The notes under the pieces are model-generated. The model did not search any database and was not told the origin of the DNA. It saw nothing but the letters and a program-made list of their open reading frames with translations. Shown piece by piece: positions 49,701-63,424 of a stretch of 64,000 nucleotides of DNA. Position 1 is the stretch's first letter, and the number at the start of each line of letters is the position of its first letter. This DNA is from Sphaerodactylus townsendi. Its lineage: Eukaryota. The position numbers and the translations under genes were made by a program. The stretch is taken from the NCBI RefSeq assembly GCF_021028975.2, contig NC_059425.1, positions 122,388,001 to 122,452,000 of the forward strand, written 5' to 3'.

Positions 49701-50524
49701 AAACGTCGCTACAGAGCACTGCACACCAAGACAACTAGACAGAAGAACAGTTTTTTCCCGAATGCCATCACTCTGTTAAACAAATAATTTCCTCGATAAT
49801 GTTAAACTATTTATTATACATTTATTATATAATTACTGCACTACTTTTTTCATCATTCCTATTACCCATCTCCTCCCATTTATGACTGTATGACTATAGC
49901 CTGTGCTGACATTTCATTTCATTTCATTTTATTTTATGATTTTACATTTTATGGTTTCGTTACTATTGATTGTTTCCTGATTGCTTATTAGATCTATATG
50001 ACAATCATTAAGTGTTGTACTTTATGATTCTTGACAAATGTATTTTTCTTTTATGTACATTGAGAGCATATGCACCGGAGACAAATTCCTTGTGTGTCCA
50101 ATCACACTTGGCCAATAAAGATTCTATTCTATTCTATTCTATTCTGTTCTATTTTAGTAACAGGTTCCCATGGTGGTGGGATTCAAACTGTGGTGTAGCG
50201 CCAATGGGGCTGGGCGGGGCATGATGGGGGCGTGGTCAGGCATTTCAGGGGAGGGGCATTCCTGGGCGGGACTGTGGCAAGGACGCAGCCGCTGCACCGG
50301 TCCTTGGGCAGGAAATGAATGCATGCAGGCGCAGGCTGCCACGCACGCTGGTGCACCTCCTGCTGGACTGCTTCAAGTTCTGTGTGCTACTGGTGAGAGG
50401 AGGGACATAACTAAGGCAAAAATCACATGGCAAAATCACCAATTAGTAACCCCCTCTTGGCACACACAAATAATTAGTAACCTACTCTCGGGAACCTTTG
50501 AGAACTTGCTGGATCCCACCTCTG
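46799..50524 (+). mobile_element. hAT family C copy split by a Rex1/Babar LINE
   Basis: The first ~17 bp CAGTGGTGGGATCCAAA at 46799; the remainder resumes at ~50152 (TTTAGTAACAGGTTCCC) and ends at TGGATCCCACCTCTG; TSD TGTGGGGG/TGTGGGGA. Confidence 0.88.
46813..50151 (+). mobile_element. Near full-length Rex1/Babar-type LINE (APE endonuclease + RT)
   Basis: 5' AAAATGGCGCCG; RRRGKRAG..LPSIFLTN, CFTETWL, GDLNKANL, YRPVALTS, DPLQFAY, DFSSAFNT, GAPQGCVLSP, FADD; (ATTCT)n tail; frameshifts near 47.65 and 49.1 kb. Confidence 0.88.
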
Positions 50525-53199
50525 TGTGGGGACGATTTTGCACCCCCCACACACACACACATGGGGACCATCCCCTCCTCCCGCTGACTTGAACAAGCTG
50601 AGAGTGTCGAGGAGTGCAAAATCGCCCCTCACACGGCACACCCCTCCTCCCCCACGCTGACCCAGGAGCCGAGTTGGCGCAGGGGAGGAGACGTGTGGGG
50701 GATGATTTTGCGCCCCCATGTGACTGGATGGCATGCGCCTGGGGACATGTTACCCCACACGTCCCTGTGGCCGCTCCACCCCTGGGGTCAACTCTGAGAC
50801 ACTTAGCAGGTCAGGGAAAGATCATTGGGATATCTGGAAAGGAAGGAGGATTAAAATACTGCTTTTTGCTTGCTTTCTTGCTTGCTTAGGAGCTACTTGC
50901 TTTAGTGTGTAATTGTGCCTCATTTATTCATGCACATTTATCACTCTTTGCTTGTAATTTTCCCCCTTCATGATAAGAGTTCTGTGAAGTATTTAAGATT
51001 ATTTTGTAGTACTTCATGAAAATAATATTGATTTCATTTTGGGAGTGAAAAGCAGTATCTTCCTTCACCACACACTGGCCCATGTGGAATGGGCCACTGT
51101 GGGTGGAGGGGAGATATTTAAATATATTGGTGCTTGTGTTAGCCTTCTGCATTTAGTTTCCAATTTATTTTCAGATGGTTGGACTTTTTAAAATAGTTGG
51201 TGAGGTTAAGGGGTTTTATTTAAGGTTTTGTACTGATAATGACATGGATGCCTGTAAACATGTTTTCTAGAAACGAAACTGGTTGTACTTAAAATAGTTC
51301 ACTGTTCACTGTGAATAGTCAGAGGTTATACAAGTGGCAGTTACTTGTCCTGCAAAAACCTACACACATAGAGACACACATAAATTCCAGTTTTTAGCAT
51401 AAAGAAACTGTAGTACGGTTTCTGAAACACCAATTTGTTGAGAATATAGTAGCTAGCAATTAGTGTGTCTTGTTTGTGAAATAAAAATACTGAAGTACTT
51501 TAGAAGCATTGCGTTTAGGAAGGCAGTGCGTTTCCAATAAAGAGTTTAATAGGAGATTCAGATGGACGAGGGAGTGAACAGAATTAAACAGTAATTTATG
51601 GGTCAAATGACTGCCACAAAAGCAGAGTTCTTGATTCAACAAGTGGAGGAATGTTAAACATAAAGACTTGTTAGTTTCTGTCTTATTACATTCTCAGCAC
51701 ACAATCAAAGAAGCTGCTTTGGGAGGCTGGACTTTCTGAGGATCTGAGAAGTTGAGTCTTTTACCTGTTTCTCTGATCTCTGATTGGGTGAAACTGTTGC
51801 TAAGCTCACCTCTTTGCTCCTGGCAAGTTAGAAAGTTATGTGTGACCTGTTTGAGCTGCTTTCTGCTGCTTTCTCAGTTCTGTCTCCTTCTCTTTCTTCC
51901 CTTTGTTCTTTTACAGACAGTATGGTGATTTTTCCTTTCTAATTTGCTGTAGGTCCAACTGTTTATTATTATTGTATTTGCTTTATATCATCAAAAAGAA
52001 TCTTAAATACTTCAGCCAGTTACCTTTTTCCCATTAACTTTCTTGACTGAGCTTTGATGAAGATTACATTTAATCTGTGATATAAAGTGAGTTGATCTTT
52101 TTCAGAAATAGTTTTTGGCATTCAGAAACTCAAGTGACCTGAGGAAACATATATTTTCTATTGCAGTACATGGAAGAGTATTTCCCTGATCCAGAGGATT
52201 TACATTCCATTGGGAAATATCACCTGAAATCCAACTAAATACCTTCATTACTTGACTTTTAGGATGGCGTGGGATTGTGAATCAATGTAAATTTTATTAG
52301 TAACAGGCCTATGGTTATGGTTCAAGATTTTACAAATAGTGGGCTGTATTCCTCCTGGGAATACTGAAAGTTTCTAAATCCATGACCGTTGCTAGCTGTT
52401 ATTGCAGCAGGGAGAAGAGCAGGAGCTGGGAGAGATGGGAATGGGACTGCTAAGCGGACTTGCAGGCCTCAAGCTCATGAGCCTTGGGTCTCTACTCTGT
52501 ACATTCCTACAGAAGTTACTACTTCTTTCCTGCATCTCACAGTGCACAAATCAGCTCTTATACTTGTTATAGGAATGCAGTCTAAGCAAGCAGCGAGTAT
52601 CTGTGGGGTTGGGGTTTTTTTTTGGAAATGTAAATCTTGTTTCTATGCTGCTTGCAAATGCTTCTGGGCCTACAGTACATCACCCCCCCCCCCCGCTGAC
52701 ATTTCCTTGTCATTTTGACTCTTCTTTCTACATGGCAAGTATCCACTCTCTGGGGGAGATGGGGGTGTTAAGGGGGAAGAGTGAGTGTTGTAATGTTGAA
52801 ATGAACTAATAGTCTTTCTCTCTAAGACTTCTAAGTGAACAATAAAGAGATAAAGAATATTAAAGACCTGGTGTGCTGACTGAACTTCAACGATTGTATT
52901 ACCATAGCTTCTGTGGAAATTCCTGCAGGTGTTGCAGGCAAATGGCAGGGAGAGAGAAGCCAACAAGCTAGAGAATATGGCATCACTAGGCCAGGAGAAG
53001 AGCAGCTCAATAATAGTGCAAGAAAATCTCAGCCTGTCTTGTTAGCCTTAAACACAGCACGCAACACATGCTTGTATCAGATGGGGATCCGCAGTTGGAA
53101 AAGAATGATTGTGTACCTGCCTACTCGTTCATATGAAACACAAAGGAAATCAAGAATATCCGGATCGCATGATTAGAATGGCCCAAGTGGAGAGAGAAG

Positions 53200-53860
53200 G
53201 TCTGTCTCTTCATTGTTGTCCTTGAGAGGATATCGTTTCATGTCACGGAGGGCGAGACCTCCGCTCCCACCAGCTAAGTGAAAATCCTTTCTGCCTCCTC
53301 CGGAATGGTGGCTATCACAGTTGCTCCATTGCCCCTGCAAACACACGGGGCTCCTCGGGGTGGCTGCGTGCTCGGAGCTCGTCTCCCGATAGTTTGCTTC
53401 GCCCCACCCGCCCAGAGCCGCCGCCTCTTCGCCATTGGTGGGCAGCCACCCAGGGGTGGGCTCTGCGGGGCTTGTTGTTTTTGCTGTGTTCGGGACTCTC
53501 CGCCTTCCCCGCGGTTGTTTTCTTAGTGCTGCCCTGCGGCTGCCCAGCTCCGTGCAGAGAGGAGGCTGCTGCGAGGCACGAGGAAGAGGTCGCGCGCGCT
53601 GGACTCGGCGGCTCCTCCTGGGGGCGAGCATGAAGCTGGCCAGCGCAGCCCCCCAGCACCGCGGGTATGCAGCCCTGCAGGGCTTCCCGTGCAACCGCTG
53701 CGGGAGCCAGCGCCGCAAGGTAAAGGGTTGGGGCCAAGGATTGGGACCTCCTGAGTGTGGCTGGCTTTTCAAGACACGTCTGTCCGGAGAGGCATTATTT
53801 CTTTTGCTTGTGTAATGCTCCCCGGGAAGGCTGCGCTGCTCACAGTGAAAGGCGCCCCGT
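53200..53860 (+). promoter_or_regulatory. SESN1: CpG island, internal SESN1 promoter (T2-type)
   Basis: CpG-rich; GC box CCCACCCGCCC (~53403), CCAAT (ATTGG ~53434); overlaps the alternative first coding exon. Confidence 0.8.
53630..53719 (+). CDS. SESN1: Sestrin-1 alternative first coding exon (T2-type), 30 aa: MKLASAAPQHRGYAALQGFPCNRCGSQRRK
   Basis: Resembles recalled human T2 N-terminus [34 protein letters not shown] (CxxCG kept); AGC ATG context; donor AAG|GTAAAG, phase 0, same phase as the T1 exon. Confidence 0.85.
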
Positions 53861-56800
53861 TTCTATCCTGAACCCATTAAGGACAGCTGCTGTGGGTCAT
53901 TTCAGTCACCCAGTTGCTCGCTTTTAATTCTGGCTACTTTCTTGCAAATCGAAGCGATGTTGTAAAACTCAAAGCAGTAGTATTAATGGACTTTCTGGGA
54001 AGTGTGTGTGTGTGTTTTGTGTGGCTTGCCCAGTTGGTGCTTGTCAAGTTTCTAGGAATGATCAGTGCCCTTTTGCACATTGCAAATAACTGCAGATGTG
54101 TTTATAAAAACAAGTGATAAGATTTGTTTTTGTCAACTCCTTCTTGGTTGCTCTGCTGAAGAGCACATTGGTTCAGAACAGATAAATGTAATACTTACCT
54201 TTAAAAACAGCGGAGTGCACATCAAAATCGAAGTCAAAGCACTGTAGACCAGATTAATTCTCTGAGTATAATGTCTTAAAGTGTTGACAGAATTGTGTTC
54301 CCTCCCTGAAAACTTATTGCAGTTATAACTTTTTTTTAATGTTCATATTCCAAAGTAGACGGCAAGGGCATGATACTAATTTTTCAAATCCCAGACACCT
54401 TGTTCTGTGACCATTCCTCAATGCATGAAAAATATTGGTCATTTCTCTAGTCCTGTGTAAACTGCCTTTAGAGAATACCGAAGGATAGTTTCAGTGCTTG
54501 CCTTGTATTGTAGGTGGTATTGTAACATAACTGGGATACTGTGGACAAGTCTTGGTAAATGTGTTCCTAGAGAAGTTAACCATCGAGCTTCGTGTTTAAT
54601 CACAAAGTTGTTTCTCTCATTGAGGCTCGAAGATCAGCAAGACTCAAAAGACACATCGTAAATTGATAGTAGTCCAGATGAATAGACTTCTAATAAGACC
54701 AATGTTGGTCAGTACAAGGTGACATCAAATGAGCAGTAGACTAGTATTACTGACATTTGAAAGAGTATATTATATTAGCTACAATTCAGAATATTTGCAT
54801 AGTGAAGAGCAGGATAATACATGCAGCAAACTGGTAACAAACTGGTACTACACAATGGTGCAGTAGCATGTAAAAATTAATGTTTGTGTCTCGGGCAACC
54901 CCATCCAAACAGTAAGGTGGGCGACTGCAGCACCATAACATTGCTGCCCCACCATTCCTGGAGAGGCTTCCCAGTAATGCAAGGAGGCTTGCAAAACCAA
55001 ACAGCCTCCCCACTGCCAAGAAACCTCTATGGGGCTGAATAGACTTACATGACTGTCTGAATTTCCTGCCACTGGCATAACCCACCAATTGGCCAGTAGG
55101 AAGCTGACTAATGTTATCTCCTCCCGGGCCATGTCATGTCCCTGAACTGCCCTGCTGCACTGGTGGCAGGGACACTGGGACGCTGGTGCAGCATCTCATG
55201 CCGCTCTCCAGTGCAGGAAAGGCTTGGGGCAGCTCCATGCTGGCTATTTTGCCTCTCCACCGGGATATGTGTCCCAGTGAGGGCAAGCGCAAGGGTGCGC
55301 CTCTCCCACAAAACCCCCCCCCCCCCCCCCGGACGGGGTCTCAATCTCTCATCTCCTGCCTTTTTATTCCTGAGGAATATTGTGATTAAGAGTGTTTTGT
55401 AAAAGAATTCAAAATTGTGTGTAAGTTATATGTAATATCTATTTGAATTATACTAATATGCTGTTGTGGCAATGCACTTCTAAAAACAGACCAGTCTGAT
55501 TAGTAGTTGCATATAGTGGGGATATTTTAAAATTATACACAATGTAGAAGAGCAGTAGTTTTTGCTTAGTTTCTATAATGTTTCTCGTCAAGAGATCATG
55601 TATCGAATGTAAAATGGTAGTCAAGAAAATAATATCCTAAAGCTGTACAAATGAGTCATGATTATGGTTTTTTATAGTATGTAGACTTATGCCATTGGTA
55701 GGAGAAAAACTTCTGTCCAATAAAAGAGATCTCATGGACCACCTAATTCTTCCATCACAATGAGGAACTCCCCCTTTTGTATGTAAAGTAACTATTAGAT
55801 ATTCCAGTGCTTAAAACTCATAAGTCATTTCACCAAGACGAGGTTTCCCTTGACAACACTGTAGTTATTGTCCCAAACAGAAATGAAAACATGAAATCTA
55901 GTTTTGAGTATCAGCTTGTGTAACTTGTCAGAATAACCTGGAATGGGATACCAGTTCTTGCATTAAATAATGACTGGTATCTGGCATCAGCACTGCCATG
56001 ATCAGTGAGTTATTGTCTTCAAGTGACATTTGAGAGAGGCATGGAAGTTGGGACATGTAACTAAGTAAGAGATTCAGTAGTGTGGTTTTGAAACTGCAGA
56101 TTATTCCTGTCCTGAAATGTGAGAAGAGAATTGGAGAAGCTACTAAATCAGCTACTGTACACCTATACACTTTTCATGTGAAGTTAAGCAAAAAATCAGT
56201 TTAAATTTTTAAAAAATCTTACTTAAAACTATTTTTTACAAATTTTAATTTTCAAGTAGAGCTTATTTTTTTGTCAACAAGGTTAAATCTGATAAGTGTT
56301 TATATACTAAACAGCCAACAAAACAGGATAAGTTAGAAGGTTAGATTAAATATTTAAAAGTTTTCATTGGGCCTGAAAGGTATAAGGAGAATGGTGGTCA
56401 GCTTTCCTAATTCTGTTAGCCTGGATGACCAAAACACCCAGGAAGGGGGGAAGGGTTGTAGAGGCAGAGCACAGACCTTGTCTGTGGACAATCCTAGGTA
56501 CAGCTCAGGCGTCTTTAGTTAAAAGACCATTAGTAGCAGTGTGATGAAAAACTTGTCCTGTACCGTGGTCTTTGGGAAGTGACTACCAGTCAGTATATTT
56601 AGCTTGGACTCTGTCTATTCCAAAGCAGGCTTATATATTCATAATTAGAATCAGTGCACGTTATGAATCACAAAGATTAGCTTTTGTAACATTTATTATT
56701 TGTTCATAGACATATTTTAAAATTTAGATGCTTTAATAGTAATAAAACTTGTGAATAAAAGTCTTGCTGAATTGAGAGTTCCTTTTTAGAAGGCATTTAT

Positions 56801-57179
56801 TTCTGTGCAACATTTTTGTTCTACTTTTCAGAACAAATATTTTTATGCTGCCTTTCTACCCAGTCAGGGTACACAAGGCAGCAAACATAAGAAACATTAA
56901 AATAATTAAAAGTACCATTAAATTATTTTAAAATGCAATTAAAATGTATGAACAAACAACTCTAGAAGAGGAACCAGTAACTATTACTAGGGATATGTCA
57001 GACGAAACAAAAAGTCTTCAGCTGCTGGTGAAAGGGGAACACAGATAAATCTCCCTGGGAGGAAGTTTCAGAGCTCTGATGCCATGACAGAGGAGGCTCT
57101 TTCTTGAGTTGGCTTCCATTAGGTTCAGATGGTGTAGGTAACATGGGAGGGGAGGGGACGGGCCCAGGAAGCCACTGTT

Positions 57180-59990
57180 ACCAAGATGATAAGCAGAGAG
57201 AGAGATGATGCTGGAAGGCAGAGATTGATTAAGAGAGGGAGTACTAATTTTAATACATCTATCACCCCTCCTAGTCTGCCTTCCACCCAGCAATATTTTG
57301 CAATGCCTGTCAGTAGGCCTACTGCTCTAGTGGTGCTACTGTTGAATGCCATGTCAGCCCAGAATAAAACATCTCTCATTCATGAATCCAGGATGGGGGA
57401 GTTGACCTGGCATGTATTACTGAAACCTGAAAGGGGAAGCTGGGAAGACCTGATCTTGCCCAGCTTTGCCCCCCCTCCCCCAATTTACTCAGTAAAACAG
57501 TGTTCTATATCGGTAGGGAGGGGACAGGGAGTCATTGTAATCCATAAAACTTCCATCCCTCTTGTCAGGTGGCCTGTCTATGTGGCGGCTGGATTTGAGG
57601 GTTTGTTCTTGCTGTTGGGCCACAGAGATATAACAGATTTGCTGCTGGAATATCATCCACCGTATTGCCCACAGCTTCTCTGTCTGAGCTGGCCGAGGTG
57701 GTCTCAGATGTGGTATCAGAAGCCCCTGCCACAGTGTTGCTGGTGGATTCCAGTATTCATTCTGAGACTAGACTCACTGAGCCAGCTCAGCTTTTTATGG
57801 CCTTTATTACAACTATTGGGTTGTCTCAATTTGTGACTGACCTAACATGCAGCAGGACATACCCTTGATTTAGTCTTTGCCACAGGTTGTAGTAGACATC
57901 CATTAATAGAATGGCTGATGATAAACCTGTTATCATGGACCAACCATTTCCTGGTAAGATTTGGATTTGAAGTGACAATCTACCCCCCGCCCCCCCGCTG
58001 CCCCGGAGGAGGGAGACTCATTGAGATGGTCTGCCCTTGGAAACTTTTGGAAACTGAATGGTTCCTGAATGGTCTGGGAAATTTTCCAGCTGGTATGGAT
58101 GGCATTTGTGTCAAGGCTTTGGTCTCTCTCTCTCTGGAATGGTGAGATGAACAGGACAATTGACATGGTTGCTCTCAAATGCTGTCACCTTACCTGTAGA
58201 ATCCGTAAAACTCCTTGATAGTCTATGGAGTCTGGTCTATGAAACAGGAAGGTCTTCAACTAGAGCATAGGTGGCATAAATCCTGCTGTGAGGCTGACCA
58301 AACACAAGTTAGAGCGCATTATCATGCCTATCCGGTGGTGATGGCAAAAAGATGGTGGGGGGTTTCTCCACCACCATTGCATCCTTAAGTAGTCCTCCAG
58401 CAGAACTTTTCCGTATAGTGAATGGACTTGTAAGATCAACCCCACGGAGACAAGGGCAGTGGCCAGATAAATGACTGCTGTGAGAACTTTGCAAGACACT
58501 TTCAGGGCAGAGTCACTCAGATCTGCATGGAATTGGATAACACCATTGGTCCAAAGGAGTCATCCATAGATTATTTTGGATCTGTCTCCGTTAATGAGAC
58601 CTGATAAGCTTCCAGTGGTTCCACTGACTCTCAAGGAGATGGTGGTGTGTCCCCTTCTTAAGGGATCTTCCTTAGATTCTGAAGATCTAAACAACTGTTC
58701 TATTGCTAAACAACTATTGCTAACGTACCCTTTTTAGCCAAGATATTAGAGAGGGTTGTGACTGTACAACTGCAGGCATGCTTGGAAGAATCTGATTATC
58801 TAGACTCATTTCAATCTGGGTTCAGACCGGGTAATGAAACTGAAGGTACCTTGGTTGCTTTGAATGATGACCTTTGCTAATAGAGAGATCAGGGCAATGC
58901 GGCCCTGTTGTCCTGGATCTCTTGGTGACTTCTGATATTATTGACCATGGAATCTGGGAGTTGGGGGCACTGCTTTATTATTATTCCACTCCAAGACCAG
59001 TACTGTATAGTGGTCATGGAAGACTCTTGCTTAACACCATGGTTACTCACTTGTGGGGTCCCTTGGGAGTTGATTTTGTCTCCTATGCTTTTTAACATCT
59101 ATATCAGGGGTAGGGAACCTGCGGCTCTCCAGATGTTCAGGAACTACAATTCCCATCAGCCCCTACCAGCATGGCCAATTGGCCATGCTGACAGAGGCTG
59201 ATGGGAATTGTAGTTCCTGAACATCTGGAGAGCCGCAGGTTCCCTACCCCTGATCTATATGAAGTCATAAGGGCTAGTTCTCCAGCTATAGCCCCTTGTG
59301 GGCTGAGATGATTTGGCTACAGTAAACCATGCTCTGTTAATCTTGAAGACCGTTCAGAAACTGCAGCTGGTGCAGAATGCGGCAGCAAGACTCCTTACAG
59401 GTACTACTAGCCGGATACACATCACACCTGTCTTAGAAGAACTCCACCGGCCACCAATTCACTACTGAGCCCAATTTAAGGTGTTATCTTTGATTATACA
59501 TCAAAGGCCTAAAGTGCTTGGGCCACAAATATCTAAAGGAATGCCTTCTCTCATATTGACCTGCCCGTGCCTTAGGATGAGCCAATTAAGCCTTTCTGGT
59601 TAAAGTACAATTAGAGCTCCATGAAATAATTTTACAAGGTTGGGAACTGAGACAAAAAAGGCTCCCTACCCGAGACAAAAAAGGCTCCCTACCCGAGATA
59701 GGACTTTCTTCATGGTGGCTCCGAGTCTATGGAACAATCTCCCCCCTGAGGCACATCAAACATCTTCTTTACAAACATTTAGAAAATTAGTAAAGATGCA
59801 CCTTTGGTTGGAGATGGCTTGGCCTTTCTGGTAATACCATGAAGTTTAAAACAGGTTTTATGAATTTTAATAGGTTTTATAAAGTTTAAACACATTTTAT
59901 TGTTACAGGTTGTAATTGTTTTTAGGTTATTGGATTTTATGACCCACCCTGAGACCTTTGGGTATAGCATGGGATAAAAATACAAAAAAA
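57180..59990 (+). mobile_element. Degraded L2-type LINE (EN + RT + 3' end)
   Basis: LLLNAMSAQNKTSLI (EN start), FQSGFRPG, GVP..ILSPMLFNIY, QKLQLVQNAAARLL, APSLWNNLP; many stops. Confidence 0.8.
59105..59252. mobile_element. 148-bp palindromic hAT MITE (family A), nested in L2
   Basis: TSD ATCTATAT; near-identical to the other two copies. Confidence 0.92.
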
Positions 59991-62900
59991 AAATACGAAT
60001 GATGATTCTGCATGCCCACACTGCATACTAACATACTGTCTGCCCACACTGTTTAGGGCACTTATGGATTCCAGATGTTTTCAGGGAATCTGGTTTTGGG
60101 CATTCACGCCCTGTACTCTTTTCTTATCTTATATCCTATTTTTCCTTTCAAGATTAAAGTACAACTGGACCTCCATAAGATAATGGTACAAGGTTGGAAT
60201 CTTTAATCAGTAAGGTGACCAAACTTATAATGCATCTCATCTACTTTGCTGTTTTAGGTAGATAATAGATAACAATGAACTTTCAAATTATTTTTTAAAA
60301 AGATGTAACCTTCCATTTAACTTTAGGACATGCTTGAATTTGGGTGAGCCTCGGAAGGAAAAATCAAGTTTGCAGTGTTGACCTACGGGTATGCATCCTT
60401 CCTGCTCATATTTGGTCACCACATAGAAACTGTCATGGTCTTTGTTGACTAACTCTGGAGAATTTACTTTAGGTGAGAAGGTGATTTTTAAGGTTTTTGG
60501 TGATCAGAACAAGTCGGTTAAAAGCTACAACATTCAACACCAAAAGAGGAATAAGGAACCAGTGAAAACCTCAAAACATTTCTAGTTGTTCACAATTTAG
60601 ATTTAAATTTTAAGTTGTAGATCATGAGTAGCCAACTTCTTTAGCAGGGAGCTGGGCTTCTTTCTGACTGCACCTTGGAGAGTTCTCAGCTGAGATGATA
60701 TTGTCAGGCTTTGAGAAAACTGTGCAATGTGTGTGTAGAAATGCTTTGTGTTTTTTTTTTGATACAGTGGCGCCATACAAAAATGAGAATGCTGGAAGCT
60801 CCTCTACCAGTTCTGCTGCAAACACTACTTTTCTAGCCCACCTAGAATATCCATCCATCATCTCTCCCTATGGAGGTTTCTTTACAAAAATCATGATAAT
60901 TATATCAGCGTTTATTATACTTAAGCAGTCTTCAAAGAAAGAAAGAAAGCTCCCACTCTGTGGCCAGTTTCTGAGACAGAGCCTTGCAGATGTGATTTTA
61001 TGGGGGAGGAGAGTTTATTTTGAGTTTAACCCATCCTTGCACACACTGACATACCCTCCCCCAGAACATTAATCACATTTGGGGGTAAATTACTGGCCTG
61101 TTACCTCATTCCCTGTGTATTCACCATAAGCAATTATAAGATTTTCTGTTTGCTAAGCAGAAAAATACTTGCCTTTTTAGGGTGGACAGGCAGTGTAGGA
61201 ATATCTTTAAGAACAAATTATATTCCGTGTTTGTGTGATAAGTAGTATTTGTGGGGGTGAGGTGGGGGGCACTGTTACATGAAGAAGAGGGAAAAAAGGC
61301 TGGAGATAATTTGACGGGGTTTTCCTCCATAAAACCCCATGCCATGTTTTGTCTGAATGGCTCAAAGTCCGTTTCTTTTCCATGCCAGACTGAACTGAGA
61401 TTTGTGTAATGTTACCTATATTTTATTTATTTATTTATATATTAAATTTTTAAACCGCCCACCCCCAAAGGGCTCTGGGTGGTGTACACCAGGCCAAACA
61501 ATATTACACACAGTAGCCGAAAAAAACATTACACATCATAAAATAACTTAGATTAAGCTAAAAACAGTTTACAAAATTCATAAAACCTAGCAGCATCAAA
61601 ACAGTAAAACAGTACTACAAATTATAAGAGTAAGAGTATGGCATCGGGTGAATATAATAGATATTTAGCCATCCTTGTTCTTCATGATACCTTTAGAGAC
61701 TGCTTCCTGAACCAATGGATTATACTAAAAAATTGTGTTAGGAAATTAGAGCATATACTTCATCTTTATATTTAGTCAGTAGGCTTGAATTACATGTTGA
61801 ACTAGTAAAGAAATGTGACCCTTAGGGTAAAGAAAAGCAGCTGTAAAAAGATAATTGGACTGGTTTGGTTTTAATCGTAAGGTGCTCAGAAACTTTGACT
61901 CAGGTGGAGTTGGTACAGCGTTGGGCAATTTGATGTCTCTCTGGTTTGGTTCCCAGTCAGGGGTACATCATTTAAAGAATTCATTTGTTGGAGAAACATA
62001 AGTGAACTACATGATACTTTTCCTTGGGTTGTATCAACAAGGGGATTCCATAATTCTGGATCACACAATGATTCAGATCAACATGGCAGCATGCAGGAGG
62101 AGGGGCTTAAGCCTTTGCCTTCCTGCACCATTTTCCTGACCTGAAATGGTCCCACGAGAGCTGCTGTTTGCTCTGTTAGGGTTACCCACTTTTCCCCATT
62201 GGTACATGTTACGTCAAAACCCAACTGGGGAACACAGTGTATCGTGTAGCTGTGCTCTGAGTCACTTCCCACTTTTTGTATACAATTCCACTCCTAGATC
62301 TTGCTAAGTGAAAAGCCTGTTTTTCTGGTTTGTAGTGTACTCTGGATTTGCACAGTGATGATTGGCTGGCTGATTGATTGTCAGTTAATGCTATCATCTT
62401 CTATCTGATAGCATTTTTCAAGAGAGAAAAGCATTGAAGCACCAGACCAGTAATTAAGAAGATCATCACACAAGGGGTGGGAGGTGGGAGCCCTAGTAGG
62501 TGGCATTGTCTTTTCACTTCTCCCATATGCATCAGGTGACAGTCCCTCTTTAAATTTAAAAACTGGGTATGTCTCCCTTGAAGAAGTAGAGCATCCATTC
62601 CCATTTACAAGTGTTCAGCCTTACAGCAAGATTGTGATCTGTGCAGGAAAAGTGTAGAGGAATGAAATATTTATACTCTTTAAATAATGCAAACTAAATA
62701 AATACATTGCTTGTGATGTGTAAATTCTTCATCTCAGCTTCTTATGAGATTGTAATGAAACTATAAAATATTAAGTGTATTTCTGTAATGAATGTTTTGT
62801 GACAGCAACTTAAACTATCAATATTTTGCTGATCTCATTGTGATATGCCTGCAGAAATCATGACGGCCATCTCAAGCTGCTTGTCGCTAAATGCTCAGCC

Positions 62901-63424
62901 TTTCATTTTAGCAGTACTGCAAAAAAGTTGCACTATGTGCATGCGTGCATTACGAAACAGTTAACATCATGGTTAGGATGTAGTGTTATGCAACATAGGT
63001 GGCAATTGCTGCAGATTTATAGCTTTGCCCATGGTCTGCAACATTTAAACTATGTTGCAGAAATCGGCATTATAAGGCAAGGTGCGATAACTGATAAGAA
63101 GATTCCCAGTTCTCCCTTGCAATTGGCTAGGACCTGCATGCCATTCTGATAGGGCTAATAATAGACTGGGGCATGCAAGGACAACCCGAAGTAATTGCAT
63201 TCATTGATTTAAAAAGTTGACTCTTATCTCTGTTGCCTTGGTATCATAGGGGTTTCAAAAACTAAACCATTTAGGCAGGGTTGTGGAAGTACTTAATGTA
63301 GTAGAAAGTACGATGTCTACTGTCTGAATCCATAACCAACTATTTACAGAACTGCCACAATGTGTTCTTGTTTTATAGATAACAAATATGGTTATTAATT
63401 TTATATTTCTTACACTAATACATT

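Noticed and set aside
42917-49787. Long ORFs as host genes or a novel RT system
   Set aside because: These are non-LTR retrotransposon ORFs with frameshifts, LINE tails and TSD or nesting signatures.
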